64,000 nt of DNA, taken from NCBI GenBank assembly GCA_017416425.1, contig JAFQCL010000017.1, forward strand, positions 36,393 through 100,392, in the 5' to 3' direction. Made by a program: the position numbers and the translations under genes. Shown one piece after another: positions 27,575 to 37,721 of this stretch. The notes under the pieces are model-generated. The model was not told the origin of the DNA, searched no databases, and saw only the letters and a program-made list of their open reading frames with translations. This stretch comes from Clostridia bacterium (GTDB taxonomy: Bacteria > Bacillota > Clostridia > Christensenellales > CAG-138). The stretch's first letter is position 1, and each line of letters begins with the position of its first letter.

Positions 27575-29155
27575 TTACATCGAGAGCATTTTTTTATTTG
27601 CAGTTATGAGGATATGCCTGTAAAGCATAGCTCCAACTATAAGGGTGATACCATCGACTACAGCAAGGCTTATAGTGGACGATGAAAATATTGAAAGTAC
27701 GATACAAGCAGGTATTGCAATGAACGATATAAGCATAGCTACAAGAGTAAATATCATGACGCTTCCGCCCTGCTTTACTATTTCCTGCTCAGATTTCCAG
27801 TCAAAACGCGGACGCCGCATATCGAGTATAAGCCCGAAGCAGGCGGCAACAACAGAAGACCCCACATATAGAAGTAAAAGCAGAGGCGTGTAGGTCAGTA
27901 TGTTCAGATTTAATCCTATTGGAATGAGCACTGCACCCAATACGTTCGCGGGAGCGCACAGTAAAATATGCAGCAACACTTTTGAATTTACTATGTATCT
28001 CGCGGGCAGCGGCAGGGTTTTTAACTGCCATATGGTGGAGGCTTCGCTCGATATGCTGCATGTCGTTATTCCGGTGATATAGTTTATAAATATACCTGCA
28101 AGAGGGATTACATCAATAAATATAGGCACTTGAGACAAAGCTTCACTGATCGTCGTGCCAAATATTACAACGGCGATGCTCATTACAAGCAAAAGCACAG
28201 GGCCTATGATGGTGTTTGAAACATATACAGGCATACTGAAATATTTTTTAAGCTCACGCGTGATAAGCGCAGCCATTGCACCCGATGAACCTAACTTTAA
28301 TATGCCTTTATTTCGTGAAGACTTGCCCGTCCGCATGAGTTTTTCTCTAAGGCTTGAAAACAGTAGCGTCATCAAAAGCAAGGTGACGCCTAAAGCCAGT
28401 ATTCCAAGAAGCACAAAGAGAAGGAGGCTTATGATATCCCCGTGAACAGCCTTCGACAGCCATACGGCAGGGGGATATATGTTTAACATGGCGTCAGTGA
28501 GCCCGCTGAAAGCGGTAAACGCTCCGCCTGTGGCATCATTTTGAGAGCTGAATATGAAAAACATTAAAATAATGGGAAACAGCAGTGATACTATCGTCTG
28601 AAATACGCTTTTGGCATTGAAACGCGACGATATGTATGTCAGTATTATGCCAAGCATGGTGCTTATAGCCGTGGGTACGGCAGGAATGAATAAGCTAAGC
28701 AATAAAAGCCTTAAAAGCAGCCCGAAGCTAAAGCCATACGAGAGCGTGCAGGCGATAACGGCGCCGGGCAGAAACATCATAAGATACACAAGGTTTGAAA
28801 TGTACATTATGAATACTCGGCTTGCTACTATGCTGCTTTTTTTTAGCGGCATGGACATAAGCATATCATGATCTTTGAATAAAAGCATATCGGAAGTGCC
28901 TGCGCCTATGCCTGAGGCTATGGTCATGATAAATGACATGGCAAGCGCAAAAAGCATGGGCAAAGAGGCGTTCTCACGACCTATTATAATGCCGGAGAAT
29001 CCGTATGTAAAAGTCATGATGCACGATGAAACTATTATAGCTGTTACTGTGGAGCGTGCTCTGCTCTTTTCCTTGGGGTCTTTTGAGTATTTGGCTACAT
29101 TTAGGTTTAAAAAGCCCTTCATATAGAGCTTTACCGCAAGTATGAAATCTCTCAT
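27575..29155 (-). CDS. Putative ABC exporter permease (large multi-pass membrane protein)
   Basis: 526 aa and hydrophobic throughout, with roughly a dozen predicted helices by eye. Overlaps the upstream ATPase gene by 4 nt. Confidence 0.7.
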   Translation of the reverse strand: MRDFILAVKLYMKGFLNLNVAKYSKDPKEKSRARSTVTAIIVSSCIMTFTYGFSGIIIGRENASLPMLFALAMSFIMTIASGIGAGTSDMLLFKDHDMLMSMPLKKSSIVASRVFIMYISNLVYLMMFLPGAVIACTLSYGFSFGLLLRLLLLSLFIPAVPTAISTMLGIILTYISSRFNAKSVFQTIVSLLFPIILMFFIFSSQNDATGGAFTAFSGLTDAMLNIYPPAVWLSKAVHGDIISLLLFVLLGILALGVTLLLMTLLFSSLREKLMRTGKSSRNKGILKLGSSGAMAALITRELKKYFSMPVYVSNTIIGPVLLLVMSIAVVIFGTTISEALSQVPIFIDVIPLAGIFINYITGITTCSISSEASTIWQLKTLPLPARYIVNSKVLLHILLCAPANVLGAVLIPIGLNLNILTYTPLLLLLYVGSSVVAACFGLILDMRRPRFDWKSEQEIVKQGGSVMIFTLVAMLISFIAIPACIVLSIFSSSTISLAVVDGITLIVGAMLYRHILITANKKMLSM

Positions 29156-29862
29156 TCGTCTATCAACTCCAAAAATACGTTTTCAAGCGAGGTATTGCCG
29201 CGAACCTCATCCATAGTGCCGCAGAGAACTAATTTGCCGTCCTTAATTATGCCTACACGGTTGCAAAGCGTCTCCGCTACGGGGAGCACATGCGTGGAAA
29301 AAAATATAGCTCCGCCGTTTGAGCATAGCTCCCGCATATGCAGCTTAAGCTTATGACTTGCCTTTGGGTCAAGCCCAACAAAGGGTTCATCGAGTACCAA
29401 AAGCTTTGGATCTCGTATAAGAGCGCCAATTATGCAGAGCTTTTGCTTCATACCGTGTGAATATGAGCTGATAAGCTTTGATAGCTCCGATTTGATCTCA
29501 AAATCCTCTGCGTATCTGTTTATGCGATGAGAACGCTCACCCTCGGGTATTTTATAAACATCGCATATGAATTTTAGATACTGTATGCCTGTAAGATAAT
29601 CATATATGGCGGGATTATCGGGTATATAAGCTGTGATCTGTTTGCAAGCAAGCGGGTCTGTGCGTTGATCGAAGGAGCCGATCTGTATACGTCCTTCGTC
29701 ATAGGGCAATACACCTACCATGCAGCGTATGGTGGTAGTCTTGCCCGCGCCATTGTGACCTATAAAGCCAAATATTTCACCGGGTGATATGCTAAGCGAC
29801 AGATCTGATACTGCTACTTTGCCGCCTGCATAGACCTTTGTCAGATGCTCGATTTTTAACAT
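29152..29862 (-). CDS. ABC transporter ATP-binding protein
   Basis: It has Walker A GHNGAGKTT, the signature YSHGMKQK, and Walker B LLVLDEP. AAGGGG RBS before the ATG at 29862. Confidence 0.92.
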   Translation of the reverse strand: MLKIEHLTKVYAGGKVAVSDLSLSISPGEIFGFIGHNGAGKTTTIRCMVGVLPYDEGRIQIGSFDQRTDPLACKQITAYIPDNPAIYDYLTGIQYLKFICDVYKIPEGERSHRINRYAEDFEIKSELSKLISSYSHGMKQKLCIIGALIRDPKLLVLDEPFVGLDPKASHKLKLHMRELCSNGGAIFFSTHVLPVAETLCNRVGIIKDGKLVLCGTMDEVRGNTSLENVFLELIDE

Positions 29863-30037
29863 AATTATCCCCTTTATAAAATTATTTCCCGGGAAATTCA
29901 CGGTTCCCGATTTTGTTATATTATAGCATTTCATTCTTGCTTATACAATAGCACGGAATTAATTTATAAACTATTCGCTGTCGGGCTTGAATAGATGGTA
30001 GAAACTTGTTATAATATACTTATGGAGCAGGAAATGT

Positions 30038-31957
30038 ATGAAAATAGCAGAGCATTTGTATAAAAGCAGGGACTTTAGATATCCGGCCGGCGCGGTAACA
30101 AGAGGCAGCCGGGTCGTTTTGATGCTGCGGATATATGTACCGTTTTCATATGCCGCTTTGAGGATATGGCATATGGATCGCGAATATCTCTTTCAGCCGT
30201 TTCAGCAAAAAATGGGCGAAGGTTTCATAGATATTTATTTTAAACTTGACACAACGGACTTTATTGGGGCTGTATGGTATTATTTTATCATGGATACCGT
30301 TTCGGGCAGGCGCTATGTCGGCTATGAAGGTGTGCTTTTTTATGAGCCACGCTCGTTTTTATTGACGGTATATGATGAAAATTTTGAAACGCCAAAGTGG
30401 TTCTGTGAGGGGCTGGTCTATCAGATATTTCCGGACAGGTTTTTCAAAGGAGACACAAATAGCTTTCAAAACGGAATAGCGTATCACAAAGCGCTCGGTC
30501 GCAATGTGTATGTTCATGAGGATTGGTACGAAGAGCCCAACTATATGCCTCTTCCCGGGCAGAAGCATTATGAACCCTGTGACTATTTTGGCGGTACGCT
30601 TTTGGGCATAAAGGAAAAGCTGCCTTATTTGCACGCGCTTGGCGTTACCTGCATATACATGAACCCCATATTTGAAGCCGCCAGCAACCACAGATATAAT
30701 ACATCCGACTATATGCGCATCGACCCCATGCTCGGAGATGAAGCTGACTTTTTGGCGCTTTCCAAAGAAGCGGATAGATACGGTATACGCCTTATGCTGG
30801 ATGGCGTATTTTCGCATACGGGCGATGACAGCGTTTATTTTGACAGATACGGCAGATATGGCGGTATCGGAGCCTTTTCAGACCCATATTCCGCGTATAG
30901 GAGCTGGTATAAATTTTCCAAATACCCCGATGAATATAAATGCTGGTGGGGATTTAAGTCTTTGCCCGAGGTCGAAGAGCTTACACCCTCATACATGTCA
31001 TTTATAGGGCGGGTCATAAAAAAATGGTCGAGCTTAGGTATTGGCGGCATAAGGCTGGATGTGGCAGATGAGCTTCCCGATGAATTTATAGCGTATCTGA
31101 GGTGTGCTATTAAAAGCTGTAACCCCGATTCTGTTCTTTTGGGCGAAGTCTGGGAGAATGCGGCAACCAAGTGTGACGGTAGAGGCATAAGAAGGCGATA
31201 CGTTGATGGAAACGAGCTTGATAGTGTTATGAATTATGTGTTCAGAGATGCCGTTGTGGCATTTTTGCGCGGTGAGATAACAGCCTATAGCTGCGAGGCT
31301 GAACTTTCCGAACTTATTTCCGATTATCCAAAGCCTTTTCTTAGGGCGCAGCTAAACATACTCGGAAGTCACGATACCCAGCGAATAATCACGGTGCTTG
31401 GCGGAGCTCCGGGAAGAGACGCACTTTCGCGAAGCAGGCAGGCAGAATTTAAGCTTACCGAGGAAGCGCGGAATATTGGAAAGAAACGCTACAAGCTTGC
31501 ACTGATGATACAGCTTACATATATAGGTGTGCCATGTATATATTATGGCGATGAGGTTGGCCTTATGGGGATGGCGGATCCATTCTGCCGTGGTACTTAC
31601 CCTTGGGGAAGAGAGGATGAGGAGCTTTTAAAAACAGTTATGCTGCTTTGTAACGCAAGGAAGGATAATGAAGCTTTGCTGAAAGGAGACTGCTTCGTAT
31701 ATGCTGCGGAACGAAATGCACTCGTTATAATACGCGCCTTTGAAAGCAGAGTTGCTGTTTGCGCTGTCAATAGGGGCGATAATATTGCAGAAGTAATACT
31801 AAAGCCGGAGCATCTAAAAGCTGCCGGATACCAAGGTGAATGGCATGCTATTAAGCTTGTTGGGGTTTTACATGGAAAGACTCTATCGCCTGAACGCGAT
31901 GAGATCGGGTTGCGGCTTATGCCTTGTGATGGGGATATATTTTTGGAGGCACTATGA
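30038..31957 (+). CDS. GH13 alpha-amylase family enzyme (neopullulanase/cyclomaltodextrinase-like), cytoplasmic
   Basis: 639 aa with the four GH13 regions: DGVFSHT, GIRLDVADEL, LLGEVWE and LGSHDTQR. No signal peptide. Confidence 0.88.
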   Translation: MKIAEHLYKSRDFRYPAGAVTRGSRVVLMLRIYVPFSYAALRIWHMDREYLFQPFQQKMGEGFIDIYFKLDTTDFIGAVWYYFIMDTVSGRRYVGYEGVLFYEPRSFLLTVYDENFETPKWFCEGLVYQIFPDRFFKGDTNSFQNGIAYHKALGRNVYVHEDWYEEPNYMPLPGQKHYEPCDYFGGTLLGIKEKLPYLHALGVTCIYMNPIFEAASNHRYNTSDYMRIDPMLGDEADFLALSKEADRYGIRLMLDGVFSHTGDDSVYFDRYGRYGGIGAFSDPYSAYRSWYKFSKYPDEYKCWWGFKSLPEVEELTPSYMSFIGRVIKKWSSLGIGGIRLDVADELPDEFIAYLRCAIKSCNPDSVLLGEVWENAATKCDGRGIRRRYVDGNELDSVMNYVFRDAVVAFLRGEITAYSCEAELSELISDYPKPFLRAQLNILGSHDTQRIITVLGGAPGRDALSRSRQAEFKLTEEARNIGKKRYKLALMIQLTYIGVPCIYYGDEVGLMGMADPFCRGTYPWGREDEELLKTVMLLCNARKDNEALLKGDCFVYAAERNALVIIRAFESRVAVCAVNRGDNIAEVILKPEHLKAAGYQGEWHAIKLVGVLHGKTLSPERDEIGLRLMPCDGDIFLEAL

Positions 31958-32349
31958 AACGTTTCTATGGAATGGACGCTCTGAACAGGTTTTTGCTGTT
32001 TATTGCCGGTTGTTTTTCAATAGCCGCCATGCTGCTTGCAATAGGGCATGTTGCGGTCTGGTATTGGGTAGCCTTTGCTTTTGCGGCTATTTCGATCTTA
32101 TGGTTTATCTTTAGAATGTTTTCAAAAAAGCGCAGCAAGCGCAGAAGACGTGAGCTTTACATATATAAAAGACTGCTTTACAATATAGGCAGCGCCGTTT
32201 TACCTGACAGGGAGTACCTAAATGACCTGAAAGAGTATAAGTATTATGCGTGCCCGCAATGTGCCCAAAGGCTTAGAGTGCCAAGGGGCAAAGGGCGCAT
32301 ACGGATAACCTGTATACGCTGCGGGAATAGATTTGTCAAAAAAACATGA
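31954..32349 (+). CDS. Small membrane protein with C-terminal zinc ribbon
   Basis: 131 aa with two TM helices, then CPQC ... CIRCG. Its start overlaps the GH13 stop (ATGA). Confidence 0.6.
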   Translation: MKRFYGMDALNRFLLFIAGCFSIAAMLLAIGHVAVWYWVAFAFAAISILWFIFRMFSKKRSKRRRRELYIYKRLLYNIGSAVLPDREYLNDLKEYKYYACPQCAQRLRVPRGKGRIRITCIRCGNRFVKKT

Positions 32350-32363
32350 TAAGGAGGTAATTT

Positions 32364-32621
32364 ATGACACCGGAAGAAAGAATCGAAAAGGCAAGGCTTG
32401 ATATAAACGCGATAGATGCCGAGCTTATATGCTTGCTCAATAAAAGGATGGATAGCGTACTATTGATAGGCGAGGCTAAGCGCGAACTGGGACAGGAAGT
32501 ATATGTTCCGGCAAGAGAACAGGCTGTAAAGGATAGACTTAAAAAGGATGAACGCTACGAGGGACTTGTAGATGCAATTTGGCCTGAGATAATGGCCTTT
32601 GCGAGGTCTTTGCAGAAATAA
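32364..32621 (+). CDS. Chorismate mutase (AroQ class, stand-alone)
   Basis: 85 aa. IEKARLDINAIDAELICLLNKRMDSVLLIGEAKRELGQEVYVPAREQAV matches the AroQ helical-bundle pattern. AAGGAGG RBS. Confidence 0.8.
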   Translation: MTPEERIEKARLDINAIDAELICLLNKRMDSVLLIGEAKRELGQEVYVPAREQAVKDRLKKDERYEGLVDAIWPEIMAFARSLQK

Positions 32622-32696
32622 AATAAAAAGCACATTGCATATATAGCATGATTATAGTATAATAAAATATAATTTGTCGATAGGAGGCATTGACTT

Positions 32697-33134
32697 ATGA
32701 CATTTTGTCCGAATTGCGGAAATGATCTTGGAGATACACAAGGCAGCTTTTGTAGTGCATGCGGTAAACCCATAGAGGAGCTTAAAACGCAGGATAATGT
32801 TGAGCATCAGCCTGAACCCGAAACGCGCCAGGATGATGAGCTTTTAAAGCCGCAGGTTCAGTATGTTGAAAAGAAAACGAATGGTCTTGCTATTGCGGGC
32901 TTTGTAGTTTCTTTTTTTGCAGCGCTGGTAGGCTTGATACTTAGCTGGATAGCGCTTTCCCAAATAAAGGATAATCCAAATCAAGAAGGCAAGGGGCTGG
33001 CCATCGCGGGCGTCATTATAAGCGCCGCTACCATTGTTATTACTATTTTGATAGTTGTTCTTTTAATAGTCTTTGCGGAAAACATCGCTGACTCGCCATA
33101 CTTCTACTATTCTTACGGAGAATTCTTTTCGTGA
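32697..33134 (+). CDS. Zinc-ribbon plus DUF4190-like membrane protein
   Basis: 145 aa. N-terminal CPNCG ... CSACG, then KKTNGLAIAGFVVS ... ALSQIK ... GKGLAIAGVIIS (DUF4190-type two-helix module). Confidence 0.7.
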   Translation: MTFCPNCGNDLGDTQGSFCSACGKPIEELKTQDNVEHQPEPETRQDDELLKPQVQYVEKKTNGLAIAGFVVSFFAALVGLILSWIALSQIKDNPNQEGKGLAIAGVIISAATIVITILIVVLLIVFAENIADSPYFYYSYGEFFS

Positions 33135-33167
33135 TCCATAGTTAAACCTTATTAAGGAGATAAAACC

Positions 33168-33479
33168 ATGACATCTTATCCAAACGAAGCGCCTTTACAG
33201 CCGCAAATACAATATGTCGAGAAAAAAACAAACGGACTTGCCATAGCGGGTTTTATATGCTCACTCCTTGCGCCTGTATTGGGTCTTATATTCAGCTCGA
33301 TAGCGCTTTCTCAAATCAAAAATGATGAGAGCCAGGGTGGTAAGAGCTTCGCAAAGGCGGGTCTTATAATAAGTATAATATTTGTTGCTCTCATTGCCAT
33401 AATGATCGTTTTGTTTATAATACTTTATGCGTTAATTATCGAAGCGATTTTAAACGGAAATTTTAACGCAACATTTTAA
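33168..33479 (+). CDS. DUF4190-like membrane protein (tandem paralogue of 32697..33134)
   Basis: 103 aa. QPQIQYVEKKTNGLAIAGF ... IALSQIK is nearly identical to the neighbour but lacks the zinc ribbon. AAGGAG RBS. Confidence 0.7.
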   Translation: MTSYPNEAPLQPQIQYVEKKTNGLAIAGFICSLLAPVLGLIFSSIALSQIKNDESQGGKSFAKAGLIISIIFVALIAIMIVLFIILYALIIEAILNGNFNATF

Positions 33480-33494
33480 TTATTAATGCTTATA

Positions 33495-33522
33495 CGGCGG
33501 TAAATACCCGCCGTTTTTAATT
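33495..33522 (+). terminator. Intrinsic terminator after the DUF4190 pair
   Basis: ACGGCGG taaatac CCGCCGT TTTTT. Confidence 0.65.
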
Positions 33523-33635
33523 TGTACATGCAACCTATTAATATTTGCAAAAGAGCTTGAAAAATGACGGCAATTCTGTTATTATACCTTTAACTGTGTT
33601 AAAAGTCTGTTTTCGTGAAAGGAAGTATCTTGAAA

Positions 33636-34997
33636 GTGAAAAAGCTGCTCTCGATGATAATGCTTATCTGCGCCTTATTCATGTTTATACCAAGTGTGAT
33701 GGCTGATGGATTTACACCCGAGGATGTAACAACCCCATATTTTATTCTTATGGATGCGGATACTAAAGAGGTATACTACGAAAATGGCTCAACTGATAAG
33801 TTTTATCCCGCCAGCACAACAAAGATACTTACCTGTATACTTGCTATAGAAAACACCGAAGACCTTGATGCCATTATAACAGTGCCTTCGGTGACGGATC
33901 GCGGCTCCGTTATGGGCATTCGTGAAGGCGAGCAGATATCCATGAGAGACCTTTTATATGGACTTATGCTGGTCTCGGGAAACGATGCTGCTGAAGCTAT
34001 TGCAAAGACCGTATCAGGAACTGTGGATAGCTTTGCGGTGCTTATGAATGCGAAGGCCATAGAGCTTGGCATGGTGAACAGCCATTTTGTGAACCCAAAT
34101 GGACTTCATAATGAAGAGCATTATTCGACTGCGTATGACATGGGTCTGCTTGCTGCGTATGCCATGCAGAATGAGATTTTCCGTGAGATAGTTGCCACTA
34201 AAGAATATACTACAAGCCCTACGAACTATGCACCTGACGGCCACGAGCTTGTAAACACTAATCGCCTTGTGAATACGCCTGAAGGTAAGAAGAATCTTGA
34301 ATACGCTTATGCTACTGGAATAAAGACCGGCAACACCATACCGGCCGGATACTGTCTTGTTGCTTCCGCCACAAAGGATGATACCGATCTGATAGTTGTT
34401 ATACTTGGAGATCCCGAAGGATATGTACCGTCGGAGCTTAGGTTTGAAAACGCTGCAAAGCTGTTTGACTGGGGTTTTGTAAATATAACCACGATCGATG
34501 CTTCTTCATTGTCGATACAAAGTGAATTTGTTGTAGATGTAAACAATGCGAGCTTTGATGATCCCGAATATGGCAAACTCACATTGCGCGCGGATATGAG
34601 CGGTTTTTCGATGAAGGGTCTTAAGACCGATCTGGATGCGATAATATCAAATCCAACCCTTATTGAGTATGAAATGGATGTACCTACCCTTGTTGCGCCT
34701 ATACGCACCGGTATGGTAGTGGGCACTGTTACATATAAATATGAAGGAAACGTAATTTATACCGCAGATCTTGTTGCATTGCGCGATGTTGCGGAGATGC
34801 AGGAGCCTGTGCCCTCAATAAATGACATTGAAATAAGTGCTCCTGAACCTGCCGATGAGCCTGCAAGTTACTTGTTTTTGTGGATACTCCTTGCGGTTCT
34901 TGTGATTGCGCTACTTATAGTGGTTTATATGCTTCTCACGGGAAGGGGGCTTGTACGTCGCCGCAAAAAGTATGGAAATAAGCGCAGATATCGCTGA
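33636..34997 (+). CDS. D-alanyl-D-alanine carboxypeptidase (S11 family PBP5-like) with C-terminal membrane anchor
   Basis: It has ASTTK (SxxK), SGND (SxN) and KTGNT (KTG), with a C-terminal TM helix plus a basic tail. A GTG start at 33636 after AAAGGAAG is preferred; the ORF track start is 33615. Confidence 0.88.
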   Translation: MKKLLSMIMLICALFMFIPSVMADGFTPEDVTTPYFILMDADTKEVYYENGSTDKFYPASTTKILTCILAIENTEDLDAIITVPSVTDRGSVMGIREGEQISMRDLLYGLMLVSGNDAAEAIAKTVSGTVDSFAVLMNAKAIELGMVNSHFVNPNGLHNEEHYSTAYDMGLLAAYAMQNEIFREIVATKEYTTSPTNYAPDGHELVNTNRLVNTPEGKKNLEYAYATGIKTGNTIPAGYCLVASATKDDTDLIVVILGDPEGYVPSELRFENAAKLFDWGFVNITTIDASSLSIQSEFVVDVNNASFDDPEYGKLTLRADMSGFSMKGLKTDLDAIISNPTLIEYEMDVPTLVAPIRTGMVVGTVTYKYEGNVIYTADLVALRDVAEMQEPVPSINDIEISAPEPADEPASYLFLWILLAVLVIALLIVVYMLLTGRGLVRRRKKYGNKRRYR

Positions 34998-35198
34998 TAT
35001 TACAGACAGCAGAGGATAAATGACACGTTATTGGTATGATGAATGATTAACGTAATACGCGCTTTGTTTTTTATAAAAGTCTTAATGAATTTTAACCTAC
35101 CTGCGGATGTGCTTGCATGTCCGCTTTTAGTTTAAAGATCGCTTGGTCTTAATTTTGGCTTAATGATGGCTGTGTATAATATTTTAGGAGGTGTTAAA

Positions 35199-35873
35199 AT
35201 GCGCATACTTGTTGTTGAAGACGAGCGTAAGCTCAATGAGCTCATTGCAGCTAAATTAAGAAAAGAACACTATAGTGTTGATACATGTATGGATGGAAAC
35301 GATGCCCTGGACTATATGCGCTTTGCGGATTACGATGCTATCGTGCTGGATATAATGTTACCGGGTATGAGCGGTCTTGAGGTGCTGAAAAGCATGCGAG
35401 CCGGAGATGATAAAACTCCTGTGCTGCTGCTTACGGCACGGGATACGATAGAGGACAGAGTCGCAGGGCTTGATGCCGGCGCGGATGATTACCTTATAAA
35501 GCCATTTGCTTTTGATGAACTGGCCGCAAGACTTCGTGTGCTTATAAGGCGCAGATTTAATGAGATAAGCGATATATTTACAGTAGCTGATTTGGTGGTG
35601 GACTGTACTGCCAGAACCGTAAAAAGGGCAGGAGTAACCATAACGCTGGCAAGTAAGGAATTTTCGGTACTTGAATACCTAATAAGAAACAGAGGCATTG
35701 TACTTTCGAGGGAACAGATCAGCAGGCATATTTGGAACTATGACTACGAAGGGGAATCAAATGTAGTGGATGTATATATACGCTATTTAAGGAAAAAGCT
35801 TGATGACGGTCATGAACAAAAGCTTATACATACGGTGCGCGGATGCGGCTATGTACTAAGGGAGGAAATTTGA
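35199..35873 (+). CDS. OmpR-family response regulator
   Basis: AGGAGG RBS before the ATG at 35199 (MRILVVEDE). Receiver domain (DAIVLDIMLPGMSG, phospho-Asp) plus a winged-helix trans_reg_C domain (TVRGCGYVL). Confidence 0.93.
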   Translation: MRILVVEDERKLNELIAAKLRKEHYSVDTCMDGNDALDYMRFADYDAIVLDIMLPGMSGLEVLKSMRAGDDKTPVLLLTARDTIEDRVAGLDAGADDYLIKPFAFDELAARLRVLIRRRFNEISDIFTVADLVVDCTARTVKRAGVTITLASKEFSVLEYLIRNRGIVLSREQISRHIWNYDYEGESNVVDVYIRYLRKKLDDGHEQKLIHTVRGCGYVLREEI

Positions 35874-35986
35874 AAATAAATCTTCAAACCGTGTTTTGCG
35901 ACTTTCAAAATCTTTAGACTTCGATTTTATTCAAGCAAAAACCGCTTCTAATTCCACAAGGAAGGAAACTTTCGCCCGGCGAAAGC
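35868..35986 (+). repeat. Intergenic repeat family, copy B (full length) plus trailing hairpin, between the response regulator and kinase genes
   Basis: It starts at the response-regulator stop codon (TGA, 35871-35873, inside the TTTGAA palindrome arm) and ends with AATTCCACAAGGAAGGAAA. This is followed by CTTTCG-cccgg-CGAAAG and a T-run. Confidence 0.8.
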
Positions 35987-36029
35987 CTTGTTTTTAAGCT
36001 TTGGCTGTATGAAAGTCATGGTAATAAAG

Positions 36030-37388
36030 ATGAAAAAGCTTTCCATAAAGCTTCGGGTAACGCTTTGGTTTGCTGCGCTTATGGTGCTTCTTGTTATAGT
36101 TGCGCTGGCTTTTTTGCTGCTTGTAGGAAGGAGAACCATAGCGGATCATTCGCAGGAAAAGCTTATTACGGCTGTATTATCAGCAGAGGACGATATAAGT
36201 TATGATGAGTATGAGGGCTATAGGGTAAATAAAGTAAATTCATTCAGTGATGGCGTGTATTTAAGCATATACAGCAGCGCTGGAAAAGTACTCTTTGGCA
36301 GGATCCCAAGGGGATTTGATACTCAGATACCGTTTTTGGAAAGCCAAATACAGGAGATATCGACGGATATGGGCTCATGGTATGTCTGCGATTCGATGTA
36401 TATTGGCGATGGAGAGGATGGCGTTTGGGTTCGGGGGATAATGGCGGTTGATGACAGCGGTTTTGTGATAGATGAATTTGTAAAGATCGCGCTCATTGCT
36501 CTCCCCTTGATTGTAGTGTTGGCGATAATAAACGGATACGCGCTGATCAACAGAGCTTTTTTGCCCATAAGACAGATAACGCAGGCCGCTGAACGAATAA
36601 ATGACGGAAACGATCTGAGCAAGCGCATAAACCTTGCTGAAGGCAGAGATGAGATATACACGCTAGGCGCTACATTTGACAGCATGTTTGACAGATTGCA
36701 AAGATCATTTGAACGTGAGAAGCAATTTACGTCCGACGCTTCACATGAGCTTAGAACGCCAACCGCCGTCATAATAGCGCAGTGTGAGTATGCGCTTGAA
36801 AATATGGCTTTGGACGATAACGCAAAAGAAGCCTTTACTACTATTTTGGGTCAGGCGCAGGGTATGTCGGCGCTTGTGTCGCAGCTGCTTATGCTGTCGC
36901 GCGCGGATCGAGGGAATGTGAAGCTTCAAAGGGAGCCTGTGAATTTAAGCGAGCTTTCGGGGATCATACTTGACCAGCTTAATGAAAAAGCCGGGGAGTA
37001 CTCCATATCGATCAGCATGGACATAGAACCTTTGCTGATTATAGATGGAGATGAAACGCTGCTTGTAAGGTTTCTATTGAATCTGATCGAGAACGGAATT
37101 AAATACGGAAAACGTGGCGGCAAGCTTCATATGAAGCTACATGGCGATGATGAATCTATAGTGGGTGAGATAGCGGATGACGGTATCGGTATAGCTGCGG
37201 AGCATATCGAGAAGATATGGGAGCGCTTTTATCAGGTAGAGCCTTCTAAAAATTCAGCCGGAGGTGTGGGGCTTGGACTCCCCATGGTGCGCTTTATAGC
37301 GGAGGCTCATGGAGGAACTGTTGAAGTTAAAAGCAAGCTCAATGAGGGTACGGTATTTACATTCAAATTGCCAAGGCTCAAAGAATAG
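36030..37388 (+). CDS. Sensor histidine kinase (HAMP, HisKA, HATPase_c)
   Basis: It has two TM helices flanking an extracytoplasmic loop, the H-box SDASHELRTP, the N-box LIENGIKYG, and the G-boxes DDGIGI and GGVGLGL. The start is uncertain (36030 preferred; 35988 and 36009 possible). Confidence 0.9.
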   Translation: MKKLSIKLRVTLWFAALMVLLVIVALAFLLLVGRRTIADHSQEKLITAVLSAEDDISYDEYEGYRVNKVNSFSDGVYLSIYSSAGKVLFGRIPRGFDTQIPFLESQIQEISTDMGSWYVCDSMYIGDGEDGVWVRGIMAVDDSGFVIDEFVKIALIALPLIVVLAIINGYALINRAFLPIRQITQAAERINDGNDLSKRINLAEGRDEIYTLGATFDSMFDRLQRSFEREKQFTSDASHELRTPTAVIIAQCEYALENMALDDNAKEAFTTILGQAQGMSALVSQLLMLSRADRGNVKLQREPVNLSELSGIILDQLNEKAGEYSISISMDIEPLLIIDGDETLLVRFLLNLIENGIKYGKRGGKLHMKLHGDDESIVGEIADDGIGIAAEHIEKIWERFYQVEPSKNSAGGVGLGLPMVRFIAEAHGGTVEVKSKLNEGTVFTFKLPRLKE

Positions 37389-37721
37389 GCTTGATAAAAA
37401 TTTTTCGGGGCTTTGTCTCCGAGCCCTCATTAAAGATGGGGGGCTTTTTTATTTGGGGGCTATGCGCTCCCAAAAAACGCCGCGCAAGGGCATCTGCTTC
37501 TGGCCCGATCCCCAGGGGGGATGCATTCGCTTCCGATAGAGAAAATCTTAAAAATTATTAAACGAATTTTGGGACGATCATGCGATATTTATAGATAATG
37601 CCTAAAACATACCAAAAAATAGCGATAATAAAAATTTGAAATTTAAGCTGATTCTTAATCAAGCCTTAATAACTCATTGCTATACTATAATCACCGAAAG
37701 GAAAGAAAAAGGAGAAAGAAA

